64,000 bases of DNA from assembly GCF_000317105.1 (NCBI RefSeq), contig NC_019693.1, forward strand, positions 3,967,227 to 4,031,226, written 5' to 3'. The notes beneath the pieces are model-generated. The model had not been told where the DNA came from. It worked only from the letters and a program-made list of their open reading frames with translations, and did no database searches. Position numbers and translations under genes: made by a program. This DNA comes from Oscillatoria acuminata PCC 6304. GTDB taxonomy: Bacteria; Cyanobacteriota; Cyanobacteriia; Cyanobacteriales; Laspinemataceae. Positions 63,225 through 64,000 of the stretch are shown piece by piece (the first letter of the stretch is position 1; the number at the start of each line of letters is the position of its first letter).

Positions 63225-63430
63225 GCATCTCAATTTGAAAAAGAGACCTAACCCCCCAGCCCCCTTCCCTACAAGGGAAGGGGGAGAAAGACATAAATTC
63301 CCCCCTCCAGCAATAAAAAAATTTCCTTATTCTCCCTCTCCTCTTAGGAGAGGGCCGGGGAGAGGTGGGAAGGGGGGAGGGGGGTTAGGTCAGACTGGTT
63401 TTTAAGAAAAATTGAAATGCTCCCAAAAAT
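63225..63430. repeat. Complete MITE-like element with terminal inverted repeats
   Basis: Left 'catctcaatttgaaaaagagacctaaccccccagcccccttccctacaagggaaggggg', right 'ggggggaggggggttaggtcagactggtttttaagaaaaattgaaatgctccc'. Internal 'agcaataaaaaaatttccttattctccctct' shared with the copy at 150-330. Confidence 0.7.
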
Positions 63431-64000
63431 CCGCCTGTTTTTATTATTTTTATTCAGCCTAATTTTTGCAATGATTATCAGACCTGCTACTCCAGAAACT
63501 CATATAAAATCCCCAGAAATTCTTTGGGATACTTATGGAATTCCTCATATTTACGCGGCGAATCACCCCGAATTATTTTATGCCTTTGGTTGGGCGCAAA
63601 TGCAGAGTCATGGCAACTTACTGTTAAGATTATATGGTCAAGCCCGAGGACGGGGGGCAGAATATTGGGGAGAAACCTATTTAGAGGGCGATCGCTGGAT
63701 ACATACAATGGGAGTTCCCCGGCGCGCCCAAGACTGGTATAGGGCCCAAACCCCAGAATTTCGCACCTATCTCGATGCTTTTGCGGCTGGAATTAATGCC
63801 TACGCCGAACAACAGGGCGATCGCCTCGATGAAGCAGTCAAAGTCGTACTACCTGTCTCCGGAGTGGATATTTTAGCCCATCTTCAGCAAGTCCTCAATT
63901 TTACCTTTGTCGTCAATCCCGAAAAAATTAAGGAACTGCTACCAACCCCAGAAGAGACCCCGGGTTCCAATGCCTGGGCGATCGCACCAGCGCGATCGCA
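63417..64000 (+). CDS. Penicillin-amidase family Ntn-hydrolase (PvdQ / AHL-acylase-like), 3'-truncated by the window end
   Basis: Signal peptide 'MLPKIRLFLLFLFSLIFAMII'. Alpha-subunit motifs 'GIPHIYAANHPELFYAFGWAQMQSHGNLLL'. 'GSNAWAIAP' at ~aa 185 matches the autoproteolytic Ser-Asn N-terminus of the beta subunit. This frame is open to the end of the window and is not in the supplied ORF list. Confidence 0.7.
   Translation, partial: MLPKIRLFLLFLFSLIFAMIIRPATPETHIKSPEILWDTYGIPHIYAANHPELFYAFGWAQMQSHGNLLLRLYGQARGRGAEYWGETYLEGDRWIHTMGVPRRAQDWYRAQTPEFRTYLDAFAAGINAYAEQQGDRLDEAVKVVLPVSGVDILAHLQQVLNFTFVVNPEKIKELLPTPEETPGSNAWAIAPARS

Overview
The window is a cyanobacterial chromosomal region: the HIP1 octamer GCGATCGC occurs throughout, including inside the large genes. 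The left ~13 kb holds ordinary genes: a CrtI-family FAD oxidoreductase, a cation/H+ antiporter fused to a UspA domain, two tandem MgtE Mg2+ transporters, a WD40 protein, an HDAC-family amidohydrolase and a Xi-class GST. Positions ~13.3-53.5 kb are one ~40 kb minus-strand operon encoding a hybrid NRPS/PKS lipopeptide assembly line. It comprises FAAL-ACP-C, a standalone TauD-like hydroxylase, three multimodular NRPSs (one with a C-terminal fused TauD-like domain), a PLP decarboxylase, a KS-AT-ACP PKS, a Cy-A-T module, a C-A(nMT)-T-R module, a class-III aminotransferase and a type II thioesterase. Diverging from a ~460 bp promoter region, a plus-strand unit encodes an EntS-like MFS exporter, a TonB-dependent receptor, a FecBCDE-type Fe-siderophore ABC importer, a sucrase/ferredoxin-like protein and a 3'-truncated PvdQ-like Ntn-hydrolase acylase. 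Together these predict a fatty-acylated, beta-hydroxy-amino-acid plus thiazoline/oxazoline siderophore with a reductively aminated C-terminus and a dedicated uptake/tailoring system. A MITE-like palindromic repeat family with ~45 bp terminal inverted repeats is scattered over at least six loci, with a smaller REP-like hairpin family also present. One member of each family lies in-frame inside an NRPS coding sequence. No rRNA, tRNA or CRISPR was recognised.
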